A program made the position numbers and the translations under genes. The notes below the pieces were generated by a model. That model was not told the DNA's origin. It worked only from the letters and a program-made list of their open reading frames with translations, and searched no databases. Positions 11,860 to 24,960 of a stretch of 64,000 nucleotides of DNA are shown one piece after another (within the stretch, counting starts at the first letter, position 1; each line of letters begins with the position of its first letter). Origin of the DNA: Heteronotia binoei (taxonomy: Eukaryota); the NCBI RefSeq assembly GCF_032191835.1, contig NC_083238.1:26102001-26166000 (forward strand). The letters are read 5' to 3'.

Positions 11860-14800
11860 GAGTAGGCATAGCTGAGGCACTGAGGATACAGAGATTACTC
11901 CAGAGTAAATAACTTGAGGATCATGGCCTTAGACAATTAGTGCTGGTAGTGTGTGATGTGGAGTTTTTCAAAAGAAAACAATCATTAGCTGTTTATAGTT
12001 AGTTACTGAGTAATATAAAGCCAATCTCATTCATTACTGTTACCCTGAGACCAGTCAGAGGCGTAATGAAAGAAGTGTAGAGAACAGAACAAAAATAGCA
12101 TGTGTAAGTGCTAGACTTTTTTTTTTAAAGAGCTTCCTATTGTCTTTAATTAAAATGGCTTCAAATTCACTTCAATTTCGAGTATAAGGAGTTATAATTT
12201 TCCCAGCAAACAACGTACCATTCAGGTTTTCCCTAAGCCCCAGAAGTTCTAATTAACGCTATTTCAAATTTTCAGGCTTTTCCTTTAATTTAGAGAGCAA
12301 GAGAGAAGCGACAAGAGATCTGTCAAGTATCCTGACAGTTTATTTTTTTGTCGTTTTCCAGGAGAGATACGGATGTCAAATAGGTGGCTCTATATCCGCT
12401 GAGTTAAGATATGCCCCCTGGAATTATGGGCTGCAATTCCTTAATAACCATAACAACTTGAGAGCTGCTAAACTTAGTCCCAAAAACATACAAATGTCAA
12501 TACGGCCATGACACACTCAAGTGGTCCAATGGAGCCACCTCAATTCATCTTCTTGAGGAATCTTTCTACCACCACTCCCAGTCAGATGGCTGTCAGACAG
12601 CCTCTAGGTCATGATGAAGATGAATTGTATTTAACAAGGGCTGGTTTACATTAGCTTCTGAGAGCAAGGACTATAGTATTTCATATTTTCAGGTGTGCCT
12701 TACAAGTATTTTAAAAAGCATAGAAAAAGAACAATAATCTCCTATCTACAGTTCTCCAAACTTTTTAAAAAGCTGTGTTTTTCCAAAATGATATCAATTC
12801 TCTTTCACAAATGAAACAAAATAAGTTTAATGGCCAGGATCCAACATGGCATACACAGATAATCTGTTTCTGGGGGCTTTTCTGTTCTCTCTTCAAGTAG
12901 TAGCCTCCTGTTCCCCCACCAAGCCCCTTTCACAAAGTCTGAAACTCTCCACAGTAGCACTCTGTGAAGAATGACAGACTATCACTAGACATTAGCTTGG
13001 CTACCACTAAAAGGAAATTCCCACCTTGCCTATGAGATATAGCACTTTCTATTGCCATACTAGGAGTGACAGGGGTTAGATCTCACTGGGCAATGTCACT
13101 CCTCAAAAAATGATGGAGAGCTTTGAGGTATTTCCAGATCTGCCAGTGAAATGTAAATTCCTTAATTTTTTGCCATTTTGGACTCAAAGTCAAATATGTT
13201 GCTACATGCACATTATCCAGTTTGGTGATTTTCTTATATCTCTATACTTTCCCTCTTTGGAAAATAAAAAGTACAAATTCTCTCTCACAAAAAATAAGGA
13301 GCTGGACTGATGAGCAGTTCCTATTCCCCCCACTGTAATTGTTATATTCCAAGTGTCTAAATCTTATATCCTTAGCAGGCTCTTATCTTTCCATTTGGGT
13401 ACAAGAGCAGATTTAGCAGCAATCAAGTAGACAATGTTTTGTGTAATTCTTAGGAGGGTATTGTTATCCATGTTCAACAAGACTAAGTGTTTCTGTGAAG
13501 TATTTGCCCACATTTTTGTTCCCATCATCCTCATACAATAAGACTGAACTATTCATTTTGCAGACCTCTTTATTCTCTAGGTAAGCGATGTGTAACTAGC
13601 GATCTGTCATGGCGATTTTGCCAGGTGAATTTATCCAAGTGAGATCCAGCAATGATTTTTCCCTAAAGTGAGACCAGGAGCATTTCCACACAGTAATTTT
13701 TAATGAAACTGAAATGCACTGTTGTCATTTATTGTATCCAGGGATCCGGAGGTCTTTCCTCCAGATAGTGCTCCAGATAGTTACTGACATAATACATTCT
13801 GATCTTTAAAATGCTGTTTCACTGGATCTCTCATATAGAACTTATTCTTACACTGGATCATAGATTCTCATTTGGTCTTTGTGTCATGTGCATAGCTTTT
13901 GTTTCTACCATGATATGAGGTCCAGAGGTACAATCAGAAGTAAAATCCATTAATCACACATAACAGTAGGACGGGAAGAGCAGAAATGAGTCCCTTATTT
14001 ATGAGTTTTCATCAGAGAGACCACAGGAGGGGGAAAGCAGACCTGAGAAGAAAACTTAAAATATTTAGGTACTAGCATCAAATTCTGAAAGCTTGGGAAA
14101 CCAGGGAACATTTTTTTTAAAATACCAGTATAATACACCAAGGATTAGCTCATATCTCACATTATATTTATCAAGGAGCATCAATGTGACATGGAAGCTG
14201 GAACTTTTTTTGTAATTCTGATAATGTGGAGAGTGTGCCACCACTATGGAGTACTGAAGCCAAACACAAAGCATTGGGAGGATGCAAGCCAAGCATTGTC
14301 CTATGAAGGAGACAGCTGTTTCTCACTGGATGGCTCTATATATACACAAAGACGAAGCCTCCTGGTTCTTCTGAGGCACCACCCCTGCTCCAACAACAGT
14401 TGTCCGGTCGCTTTGAGAAAGAACTGCTATGTCAAAGAAGCAAACAGGTACCAGGAACCCACCAGTGGGCACATTGGCATTCACAAACACCATGCTGGAT
14501 ATCAATAAGCATTATACTTGAAGAAGAAGACTTAGTTGCCTGCTCACATATGAAGCTCATTGGGTGGCCTCTGCCAGCAAACCTCTTTCTCAGTCAAAGC
14601 TATCATATGAAACAGGACAATCCTATGTACATCTTTTTGAGTTTCTGGTGGAACTGTACAGCAGAAACGATATTTACAAAATAAATAACATGCTTATTTA
14701 TTTCAGGGCAAATTTGCTGGGTCATCAGCCAAGACTATGCCCAACCCTGAACGCTACTCCAATTTCTGTTAATCTCCCCCCCCCCCAAAAAAAACCCAAC

Positions 14801-15132
14801 TGAATGCCCATCGTTGTTAGGTACAGGAGAGGCAAACACATCCCTCCAGAGGATGCCAACTTTCCATCAATTCTCTCCCAGCTCTGGTTCACCCCTTGAA
14901 CATGTTGACAAAATAGATGTTGACATGTCATTAAGCCAATCATGTCTGGCTTAGTCCAGCACCGCTGTTTACTTTCAGGCACTATCTAAACAATTGTTGA
15001 CCACACCTCCTCTTCCTTAGTACAGAAGTACGTTACAGAAGTAGACTAGCTGCACTGTAGAGGGGGGGAAAGCAAGAGCCCTTTCCAGTTATTACTTACA
15101 GAAGAACATGCTGCACGTGATTTGGAGTGGAA

Positions 15133-15212
15133 TTCTAGCAGGAGCTCCTTTGCATATTACCCCACATACCCCTGATGTAGCCAATCCTCTTAGAGCTTAC
15201 CAAAAAGAGCCT
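15133..15212. mobile_element. Partial family-A-related MITE
   Basis: ctagcaggagctcctttgcatattaccccacatacccctgatgtagccaatcctc, like 27126. Confidence 0.55.
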
Positions 15213-16062
15213 TGTCATGATCATTCCAATAGTGCAATCACCACTTTGTCTGAAACAGAAAACACACAGACTCCCCTGCTTCAGTCCATACAAAGCAGAA
15301 CCATGTAATTCTGGTATGTGTGTACCAAGGCTGAAATGGGTGTCACGTGTATTGGGAGGAACACACATTGTGTATTTTCCCTAATGTATGGTAAACGCCA
15401 GCGAATGAAAAGGGCTACACACTTCTAAGGCTCTTCACAAAAATCTTCTGTGACTTTTCAGCTCTCCTCTCCTGGAAGCTGGTCACTGGAGTTTAATTTT
15501 GCATCTACCATGGTAATGCTATCAAAAGAATTAAAGGAAATATTGGGGGAGTGGGAATTCTAAACAAAGATATAAGGCATTTTAGATTTTGTTTTGATCT
15601 GCTCTGTTTACACGTATACGTCCCATTTGTATCCTGAAGATCTTCTGTGCAGTACGGTAAGAACACACTCTACATGCCATTTTGCCTTTCTGAAGCTGGA
15701 ATTATGGCACATAAGCACATACTGGGTTTGCAGCTGTCTTTCGGTATCTCAAAATCAAGTATGAACAGCCTCTGCTTTTATTTTACAACCATTTAGATGT
15801 GAGAATAAAAATGTACCCTACAGATTTTTTTTCTTTTCTTCTACCAGGAATACTATTTTAAATTATTTACAGTTCTGTGGTTAGTTTTGAAAATGGGCAT
15901 ACACTATTGTTAAAAACATAAAATCAAGTACATGGCAGGATTTAAAAGTAGATTTTAAAAGTACACTAAAGATGCACTATAGCATCAATAGTACAGACTC
16001 AGCAGAAATAGTGGAAAAGTCATGGACTGGTGTGTCAGCTTCGAATCTAGTGCATTATATGC

Positions 16063-16902
16063 TAGGAGTGTCAAACATGCAGCCCGTGGGCCAAACTGCC
16101 CCCCCCCCCACAAGGGCTTCAATCAGGCCTGCGGGTCTCTCTTCTCCACCCTCCCGACCTCACCCTGTGAAGCTTGGAGGCTGCTGACGTTCCCAGCTCC
16201 TTCTGCCTTCTCTTTGCAGAAAGCAGAGCTGCAAAGAAAATGCGGAATAGATTTCCCATTCAGGCCTATGGGCAGAGCAGACCAGAATGGAAAATCCACT
16301 CTGTGTTTTCCTTGAAACTTTGTTTTAATGGAGAGGAACTCATTTTAACCATCCAGCATTCCTATGGCCAGCTGAAGCTTCCTGGAGTTGTGTCCTTGCA
16401 AATCAAACGTTGATGCTCTGAGTCAGCTTTGTCTCTTCTCAATGGACATGAGAACTAGTGCCTAGTGGAAACCCGCAGCCAAAGGGGGGTATTACACTGG
16501 AGAGCCATTGCTAATCTGAATAGACCTGGGGGTGGGGTGGGGGTGGGGAGAGAAGGAGCTTGAAATGCCCTGCCATTTCATGTTTTCCCAGGCTGAGAGC
16601 ATTTTTTTTAGTTTTCTGTTGTGTGATCCTTGTGCTTTTTCTTGATGTTTTATTTTTAAAATTGCATTGCGAAATCCCACTATTCCCCTACCTTTCCATT
16701 TTAAACAAAATTTTGCAAGAGTTTTAAGCATGTTTGTATTTTAAGTTAAAAAAATAATATCTTAATTATGTTTGCCTGTGTCCTTTATAAAGTCTATATC
16801 TCCTCTATTTGGCATTACATTTTAGGACACGCATGGCTCAGCCCCACAAGGTTCCATTTATGTCAAATCTGGCCCTCTTAATAAATGAGTTTGACACCCC
16901 TG
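16063..16902. mobile_element. hAT non-autonomous element (caggggtgtcaaac-type TIR)
   Basis: taggagtgtcaaac ... gtttgacacccctg. Interior homologous, in inverted orientation, to 17444-17981. Confidence 0.75.
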
Positions 16903-17443
16903 TGATTGTGCATACCATAGTTTACAAACCATACTGGAAACACCAGTATATGAAAACTGCTCTCTAAGGTGCCTTAATGGATCAGACTAAAAGCTATTAT
17001 GGGGCCCTTCATGTAGTATGACTTGAAGACTGGTAGTCATCGAGCCATAATAGCAAAAACTAATTATTATGACCACCGACTTACCCCAAACACTTTGTTC
17101 CTGATCTTTAGAGTGCATAGCAACCAAACAATTTCAGCATACTTCCAAGTTAGGCAATTCCTTTGGCATGAATAAAGAGAAATAACAGGATTAAACTTTG
17201 TAAAATATAGACTAAGATGGGGATATAAAATATATAAACAAGAACTTTTTTGCCATTTATATACTGCTGTAAATGTTGAAAGTTGTCTGGCAAATTATTC
17301 CATAATCAGAAATATCTTCATTTCGTGTCTTCAAGACTATGAGTGCTTCCAGCTTTGGAAATGCAGTTATTGTACACTGTGGCAACCTGCCTTCCAGATT
17401 GTGATAGCAGTTACAGAAGGACCTCTTTGCTGATATTTTAGGG

Positions 17444-17981
17444 CAGAGGTGTCGAACTCATTTGTTATGAGAGCTGGATCTGACATAAATGAGACCTTGT
17501 TGGGCCGAGCCATGTTGAGCAGGGCCATATGTGTACCTATTTAAGATTAGGTAGCAGAGATATAAACTTTATAAAGGACACAGACAAAAACAAACATTTT
17601 TTTTAAAAAAAATCTTAAAATAAAACATGCTTAAAACATTAGTCTGCCTTAAAGGTGCTTTCTTTGTATCCTGTGTGATCCAGGGAATTGGGCAAAGGAA
17701 GCTCTGGCTCTTTCCTTCCTTCCCCAGGGGACAAGGAGGGGGAGGAGCCTCAGCCAATAGAAGGAAGAGAGGCTTGGTTCTCCAAGGGAGGAGCCTCAGC
17801 TAATGGAGAAAATAGAAACTTTGCTGTGTAGCTCCTGAGCAAGCCTTGCAAAGCAAGGTGTGATGCAAAAGGAAGCAAGAGAGAGGGAGAAGGAAGCAGA
17901 TGACAGCTAATTGCTCAGGGGCCTGATAGGAGCCCTCCAAGGGCCTGATTCGGCCCCCGGGCCACATGTGTGACACCCTTG
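17444..17981. mobile_element. hAT non-autonomous element (same family as 16063)
   Basis: cagaggtgtcgaac ... gtgtgacacccttg. Perfect 8-bp TSD ttttaggg. Confidence 0.88.
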
Positions 17982-19957
17982 TTTTAGGGGGTCAATTAAA
18001 ACTGCCTAACACCACTGGGGATAGACACAAAAATAACCCCCCTACACTCTTCTTGTGGGCTAGTGTGGGAAGGCCCTTCACTTATCACACACAGACAGGG
18101 CACTCTCTTACTAGTTGTATGTGGAAGGCACACAGTTTCCCCATATTTTTCTTCCTGCAGCTCTTTCTGACCCTTCTCCCTTCTCAAGGTATTATTCCTT
18201 GGTTGCAAGAGCTGTCCAAAACAGCAACCAGAAAGGTTGGTGGGCTGGATTGAGAAGGGCCAAGGGAATGAAACTTTCCTCCACAGAGCTGCACTTATAG
18301 AAAAGGGAGTGAGGTGACACTCATTTCAGTCCTCCAAACTTGTGCAGTGGTCCTGAGACCATGGAAATAATATTTCTGGAAATTAGAGAGAGTTGGAAAA
18401 AACAGAAAAGAACACAGGAAAATGAGGCACTCCAAACTCAGCAGTGGTAGGATAATGCCCATATAACAGAAATCAGTAGCAAAAGTGTTACTATGTAAAA
18501 ATGTGTACATGGGCTAGACAGATTGTTAACTTCTTAACGTTTAAACATTTTAATAGTTTAAATGGCTGCTTTTGAAAATGAAATTTACATCCCTGGAATC
18601 TAAACATAACGTCTTCCTCTTTCTTATCTAATTTACATTTTTATTTTTATCACTACAACATTATGCCTTTTGGCTCATATTCTTTGTTATGCCATCAACA
18701 GAGACTGACTTAGCCAATGCTCTCCACTGATTTTGTCCCTCTTCTGTGGACTCCCCTACAAATCCCTGCACATAATTTTTACCTCTGATCTGCCAAAGAC
18801 TTATCAAAACTATTTCCCCATTCAACCTTTATGCATTTAGTCAGAATCAAGATCTAATGCATGTTAGGCTACATTTCCTCACAAACTTTCTTATTTTTTT
18901 CAGGTTAATTCTTCATTTTCTCTGTACACTACAAGCTGCTCTCACTAGTACCTCAAAAGCCACTGGGCTCCAAGGGTCATTTTCAGCCCATTTCCCTAAT
19001 CAAAGTCAGACTCCTTCCCTGATATTGCTTTTAGTCATGGTAGAAAAAAAGACAGGCAAACAGAGGAAAAATAGTGGAGGGAAAATAATTTAATTCTCTA
19101 GTATCACATATGGTGGCAGTTTAAGGCTAGCCTATGTGTTGGTGGATCCAGTAACTAAACTTCACATAGCATGTACTTTGGCCCCAAATCTCATGATGTT
19201 TCTCAAGAGGACTGGAAGGAAAGACAAAGATGATTAGTTGTTCTTCTTCTTAGGTGGAAACAGGGTGGTGGAAGTTGAGGCAGAGGAACTGAGTAGTCTC
19301 AGGAAGATATATGGAACTATGGAAAACAGAGAGGTGGAAGTTGTGGTGGAGGCACTAAGCAGGAGTGCTGAGAGGTAGGGACTGGATGGGGGCAAAATTC
19401 CCTGGGCCAAAGTCGGCTGGAGGGGCCCTGAAGTCAGCATCATGCTGCACTCAGAATGCATCCAATTTATTTTACTTCTAGTACACTACTGTGCTGCAGC
19501 CACCAGGGGTGCAGAAAAGGCACAGCACAGTAAAACACAGTAGCTCTTCTTTCAGCTCACTATGCCTTTCCTTAAAGTTTACTACAAGGACACTACTGGT
19601 GATTTAGGCTAATAACTTGAATTAGGGAGGACTAAATGCACAGAACTTACCAGCCATCACAGTTCATGGCTTCTAGAGTCAATGATAGGCTTCAGCCTCC
19701 TAACAAGGTTGCTGTTTTCAGCAGTCTGTTTCCTTCTTCCTTTCCTTCCACCCAGTTCCATAGTTTTGACTGTTCAGCCAGATCTTCCATTAGCATGTTA
19801 TAGTAAACAAAATAAGTTTTCCTGTTTTCTCAAGTTCTCTTCCTCTTTTCCATACATTTTGCCTCCTTTGTTTTGCTCTTTTCATGACACACCTTCTAAT
19901 CCTTTGCCTTTATCTGTCAGTCTTGGTCTCAACCCATTTTAAGCTGGTTAGCAGCTT

Positions 19958-20250
19958 AAAAAGGTAAAGGTAGTCCCCTGTGCAAGCACCAGTCATTTCC
20001 AACTCTGGGGTGATGTTGCATCACGACATTTTCACAGCAGACTTTTTATAGTGTGGTTTGCCATTGCCTTCCCCAGTCATCTACACTTTTCCCCCCAGCA
20101 AGCTTGGTACTCATTTTACCGACCTCAGAAGGATGGAAGGCTGAGTCAACCTTGAGCCAGCTACCTGAATCCAGCTTCCACCAGGATCAAACTCAGGTTG
20201 TGAGCAAAGCTTAGGATTGCAGTACGGCAGCTTTACCACTCTGAGCAACT
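19958..20250 (-). mobile_element. Sauria SINE
   Basis: aaaaaggtaaaggtagtcccctgtgcaagcaccagtc... is the reverse complement of the 37293 copy, with (ACCTTT)n-type tail. Confidence 0.9.
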
Positions 20251-20328
20251 CAGAATGTACTTAATGGGAACCTCTTGTTAATATTCTGAACAGAACCAGG
20301 GAGTGAGGGGTTAATATTTTCCCATGAT

Positions 20329-20506
20329 CAGGGCTTTTTTTGTAGCAGGGACTCCTTTACATATTAGGCTACACACCCCTGGTGTAGCCAACCATCCAAG
20401 AGCTTACAGGGCTCTTAGTACTGGGCCTGTAACCTCCAGGAGGATTGGCTACATCCGGGGAGTGTGACCTAATATGCAAAGCAGTTCCTGCTACAAAAAA
20501 GCCCTT
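20329..20506. mobile_element. hAT MITE, family-A variant
   Basis: cagggctttttttgtagcagg ... cctgctacaaaaaagccct TIRs. Confidence 0.8.
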
Positions 20507-21002
20507 AAATTACCCGTAAAAGCCCGTAAAGTAAAGGACTATCAAACTAGTAAAAGGATGCCCCCGTTACATGCATGCTAATGAAATGTTAATCTGTTTT
20601 AGCGATTACAACAGGAATTAGAACTCCTTCCCCTCCCTCATTAGCTTTAATTACATTTTAAATAATGTTCAGGCGGTGGGTTGTTGCTATATTGGAGGGA
20701 CATCTGATATCTCTTTGTAAATGCTACTTTACTACTGCAGACATTAAAGTTCGTGTTCTATGACAAAGGACATAATCTCTCTAGAAAATACGTCAGCAAA
20801 ATTGGTCCCAAGGATGCCAGTACTCGTCATCCAGCACCACTACATAAGCAGTTTCCCCCCCAATTTTTGTGCACAGTAAAGGTACAAGGGTAAACTGAAA
20901 TAGATTTCTTACTGGTGTATAGACTAAAGATTCATTGTGATACAAAGCTTTTATGAATATAACCACATGCATCCAATACTGGCACACTCGTGCATGTGCA
21001 TG

Positions 21003-21215
21003 GGGGTAAAAAGTGATGTCAAGTCACAGCTGACTTACGGCGACCCCAAAGAGTTTTCAAGACAAGAGACATTCAGAGGTGATTTGCCAGTGCCTGCCTC
21101 CATGTCACAACCCTGGTGTACTTTGAGCTCCCCCATCCAAATACTGGCAAGGGCTGATCCTACTTAGCTTCCAAGATCTGACATGATCAGGCAAACCTGG
21201 GCTATCCAGGTCAGT
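21003..21215 (-). mobile_element. 5S rRNA-derived SINE with BovB/Sauria-like tail
   Basis: ccatccaaatactggcaagggctgatcctacttagcttccaagatctgacatgatcagg is antisense to the 5S-like region. Tail gtcaagtcacagctgacttacggcgacccc. Confidence 0.8.
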
Positions 21216-22599
21216 GTAAAAATATAAAATTGCAACATTAGACACATGGTTTGGATCTGGGACATATGTCAAGGGCTCATGGCGGCTCTCGGCAGCGCTG
21301 GCATTGAGTATTTTCAGGCAGAACTATGGACTGAGTGGGCATTGGCCAGCAAGACACTACCCTACTGTCCAGTCTAGGGCTTCACCTCCACATGACTGGA
21401 AATCCAGGAAGCATAACCAAATAATATCTCCTTTGGAAAACGATGATACTGCACCTCTGTTTTCTCTAAAGTCTAGAGCCACAAAATGTTATGTTGCAAC
21501 TTTCCTTAGTCAATATAGCTAGAAGAAAGATCTGCCTTCTAGGAAGCAATACTGAAAGGGAAACAAAGCCTTGAATGATCACTTAAGTGCTTGATCTGGT
21601 CAGCTCTGTGCGTTTAGTCCTCCTTAATTCAAGTTATTAACCTAAATCACCAGTAGTGTCTGCGTGGTATTAGCAAGCCTATATATTTTCTGTCAAGTGA
21701 TGACACCATTAACCAGACCCTGGAGGATATTTAAAAAAAAAAAACAGTGATGACTCCTAATTAATTAATTCAGGCCAGCCAATTGTATGTTACCCTGTGG
21801 AAGAATCTACTTTTAGCAGAAAACGCCATAACATTTCTCAAGACTCATCTCATCCAGCTGACCTTTAGTTGGCTTCCATTTTGCCATGCCTGTCCCATTT
21901 CAAGATCTTCCTTTGTTCTCAAATGCAACATTACAACCAGGCCATGGATTCAGTGGGAGCTCACAGGAGCACAGTTCCTGAACCTTTCTGAGAGTTCCAC
22001 CTCCTCCTTCCCACCTTGTCCATTGAATAGTAGGTGCAGCTGCGTAACAATTGCTGGATGAGCTCCACCAGCTATTTTTCTACAAAATGACCCCTGATTA
22101 TATCAGTATTGATCACATTAAGTAGTCACAAACTTCATTGTCTTAAAAATAGTAACACTCCTTCTCATTTGATCAACACAGTGCAGCACATATCCCATCC
22201 ATCCATTTATGAACTCAGCTTCAAATTTCCTTAATACAAAGCTTGGGAGAATCTTTTATAATAAACTGTAGTGATATGGGCCAAATGGAGCTCTCTCATT
22301 GGTTTACTTGACGTCTGCACTCCATAAACCACTGGCTCATCATGTGTCAGTCAACACCTCTGGGTTCCTACTGGCTGACTCCCCTGTCCCCTGCCTACTA
22401 CAGGCCCAGGAACACTGAACAAATCACCAAAACTAGATCTATTCACTAGATCAGTTGGCCTCCCCTACTGTACTATCCTACTGTGCTGTTTTGCTACATC
22501 GTATTGTTATGCCATCTGGTCCTGCTGAACTATTCTGTTGGACTGAATACTGAAATTGTTTTTTACTGTTATGCTGTTTTATTCTTATGTTGATTTTAT

Positions 22600-22682
22600 T
22601 GTGATTTTATTATTCATGTTGTGCTTCGCTCTGAGCCCCTATGGGAAAGGGGCAGAATATAAATAAACAGATAATAGTGATA

Positions 22683-22755
<73 letters not shown>
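22600..22755 (+). repeat. L2-like 3' end followed by a compound (gat)n(aat)n microsatellite
   Basis: gcttcgctctgagcccct..gggaaaggggcagaatataaat, then gat x8 and aat x about 15. Confidence 0.7.
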
Positions 22756-22757
<2 letters not shown>

Positions 22758-23029
22758 CCAGTCTTGCGTCAAAGGCAGACACCTCTCCGACACTTCTCTG
22801 AGTCCTTTCCATCAACTGGCCTCAGAAATGGCTGCCGCTTTACTGCAGCCTCATGAAGCATTTACTCAGAGGTCATGGTGGTTGCCTCTTTCCTGTCATT
22901 CTCTCCCTCCCCCCTCCCCTCAGCCTCACCCCAGGACAGATGAGGATTGGGTCACTGGGGAAGCTGCTAGCCAGAGCTTTTGCTAGGCAGTAAAGAGAAA
23001 GCCCTCAGCTGAATATAATGCCTTAGAGT

Positions 23030-23490
23030 CCACCCTCCAAAACAGTTATTTTCTCCAGGATGAGGAGAGAGGTCTGTTGTCTGGAGTTCAGTTGTGATCC
23101 CAAGAGATCTTCAGGCTCCACTTGGAGGTTGGCTACCTTAGGTCTGGCAGCACCCTCTGGGTGATGATGACATCTGACTGGCATGACTTAGCTAGGCCTG
23201 GCTGCTTGCTCCTGTTCAGCAGCAGCCCCCCCCCACCCCCAGAACAGCTAGTGTGACTTACTAGTTGCCAACTCCAGGTTGGGAAATTCCTGGAGATTTG
23301 AGGGGTGGATCCTGGAGAGGTTAGGGTTTGAGGAGGAGTGGGACATCCAGCAGGTTCAATGGCATAGACTTGACCCTTCAAATTAACCATTTTTCCTGAG
23401 GAACTATTTTTGCCAACCTCCAGATGAGGGTTGGAGATCACTCAGCATTACAACTGCTTTCCAGATGGCAGAGATTTGCTCCTCTTGAGG
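23030..23490. mobile_element. Fragments of tagggttgccaac-type DNA transposons
   Basis: tagttgccaactccaggttgggaaattcctggagatttgagggg..., homologous to 6291. Confidence 0.55.
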
Positions 23491-24165
23491 TGGGTGGGGA
23501 GTGAATGTCTTCACATGGGTAGGTGGGAAGACAGCAAGAGGGGGCACTCACTCAGAGCCTCTTTCTAGAGCCCATTGTATTTTTCTTCACAACGGGCCTT
23601 ATTCCTAGTATACAACATAAACTGGGGTTCTACTTGCCCAGCAACATGCTACTAAATGGTATCAAATTGATGTTGCTAGTAACTACATGAATTGTGGCAT
23701 GGTACAAGCCACTTAAGTGTCCTATGATCTGTGTTGTCTTGGTGTTTGCCTGAATATGATTTCCACCAAATCACTCTTCACTCCTATTTCTGCCTTTGTA
23801 CATGTCTGACCTTGAGGTGCCGTTCCTCCATCTTGCTTAATTAACAGCCAGCAATATCAGACAGCATTACTGTACAAGCTAAGAAACCTAACTATGAATC
23901 AGGAAGGACCTGGTTAAAGGCAGTTATGAACTTGATAGGCAATCTTAAGAAAACAACTCTCTCAATGTACAAATGTACATTGTTCAATTATCATTCCTGC
24001 ATCAATAAATCAGCAGTGTACATTATAATATAAATTATGTACATTGCACGAATAACTACCCTATGATGGAATAATAACTCAGCATCTAAAAGGGAATGGA
24101 AACAACTGACAAATACACAAATAGGAAACAAAATCCATCAGAATGAAGCTAGAATGTGCTGACAG

Positions 24166-24270
24166 TGGGTGTGTTTACACACACTAAATAATGCACTTTG
24201 TAACTGGATTTTTACTGTGTAAGAGTTAGCAAAATCCACTTGCGAACAGTTGCCATGCGAAAGCACTCAC
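24166..24270. mobile_element. Short MITE-like repeat (copy of 844-940)
   Basis: cacactaaataatgcactttgtaactggatttttactgtgtaa...aaaatccacttgc. Confidence 0.5.
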
Positions 24271-24814
24271 TGATCGTGAATCAGCATCTCAGAAGAGTTT
24301 TTGATGTCTGGTAGGGAGAAAGGCTGGAAACATTTTTGGGTCAGCTGTATTGGATCTGAACTCAGCTTCTGTTCCTCTTCTGTCGCAGGTATTTAGCATG
24401 GGCACAGGCTGGGTCACAGAAGTGAACCCTTGACACAGGCCAAAAAGCCAGAATCAAAGGCCACGGTTTGTAGCCTATAGAACTGAAAGACATAGGCTCA
24501 TTAATGGATTAGCCCACAAACTGGTGGTGTGCTTTTCCCACTTTGTTTCTTTGTCAAAACCATATCTTTTATATTTTTGTAAGCCAATTTGAGTCTCCAG
24601 TGGCAGGGGGAGCAATATATAAATATCTAAATAAATGTGTGTATGCATCTCTCTCTGTGTGAAATAGTCTCAGCTTCCGGCTTCTCTGCGGGAAGTCTGA
24701 TTTATAAATACCTGTTCCTAAGAGCTGCTTATACCCCTTAGAAGGGCTGCAATATTATAAGAGGTTTTGTATTTGTGTGTATCCGCATGTGCGCATTTGC
24801 ATGTGCATGAATGC

Positions 24815-24960
24815 CTGGAAGTCATGGCAACTGCTGGCGACCTCTACTGGGGCATGGAGGACATACAGCCTCCCTCTGCTTCTCACTCCTGGTATTCCAA
24901 GGAGGTCTCCCATCCAAATACTTGCCAGGATCAGCCCTGTTTGCTTCAACATTACATTAA
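24815..24960 (-). mobile_element. Decayed 5S-derived SINE
   Basis: ggaggtctcccatccaaatacttgccaggatcagccctg. Confidence 0.55.

Noticed and set aside
13580-13930. Possible piggyBac or viral protein remnant on the minus strand
   Set aside because: Manual translation gave multiple stops and no diagnostic motif I could defend.
16528-16548. G-quadruplex motif (ggggt)4
   Set aside because: Lies inside a non-autonomous transposon and such motifs are common. No evidence of function.
20995-21215. 5S rRNA genes
   Set aside because: Only diverged partial 5S similarity fused to a LINE-like tail, i.e. SINEs.
22641-22856. Poly-Met/poly-Ile ORFs (also 45332-45532)
   Set aside because: Translations of (gat)n/(aat)n microsatellite tails.
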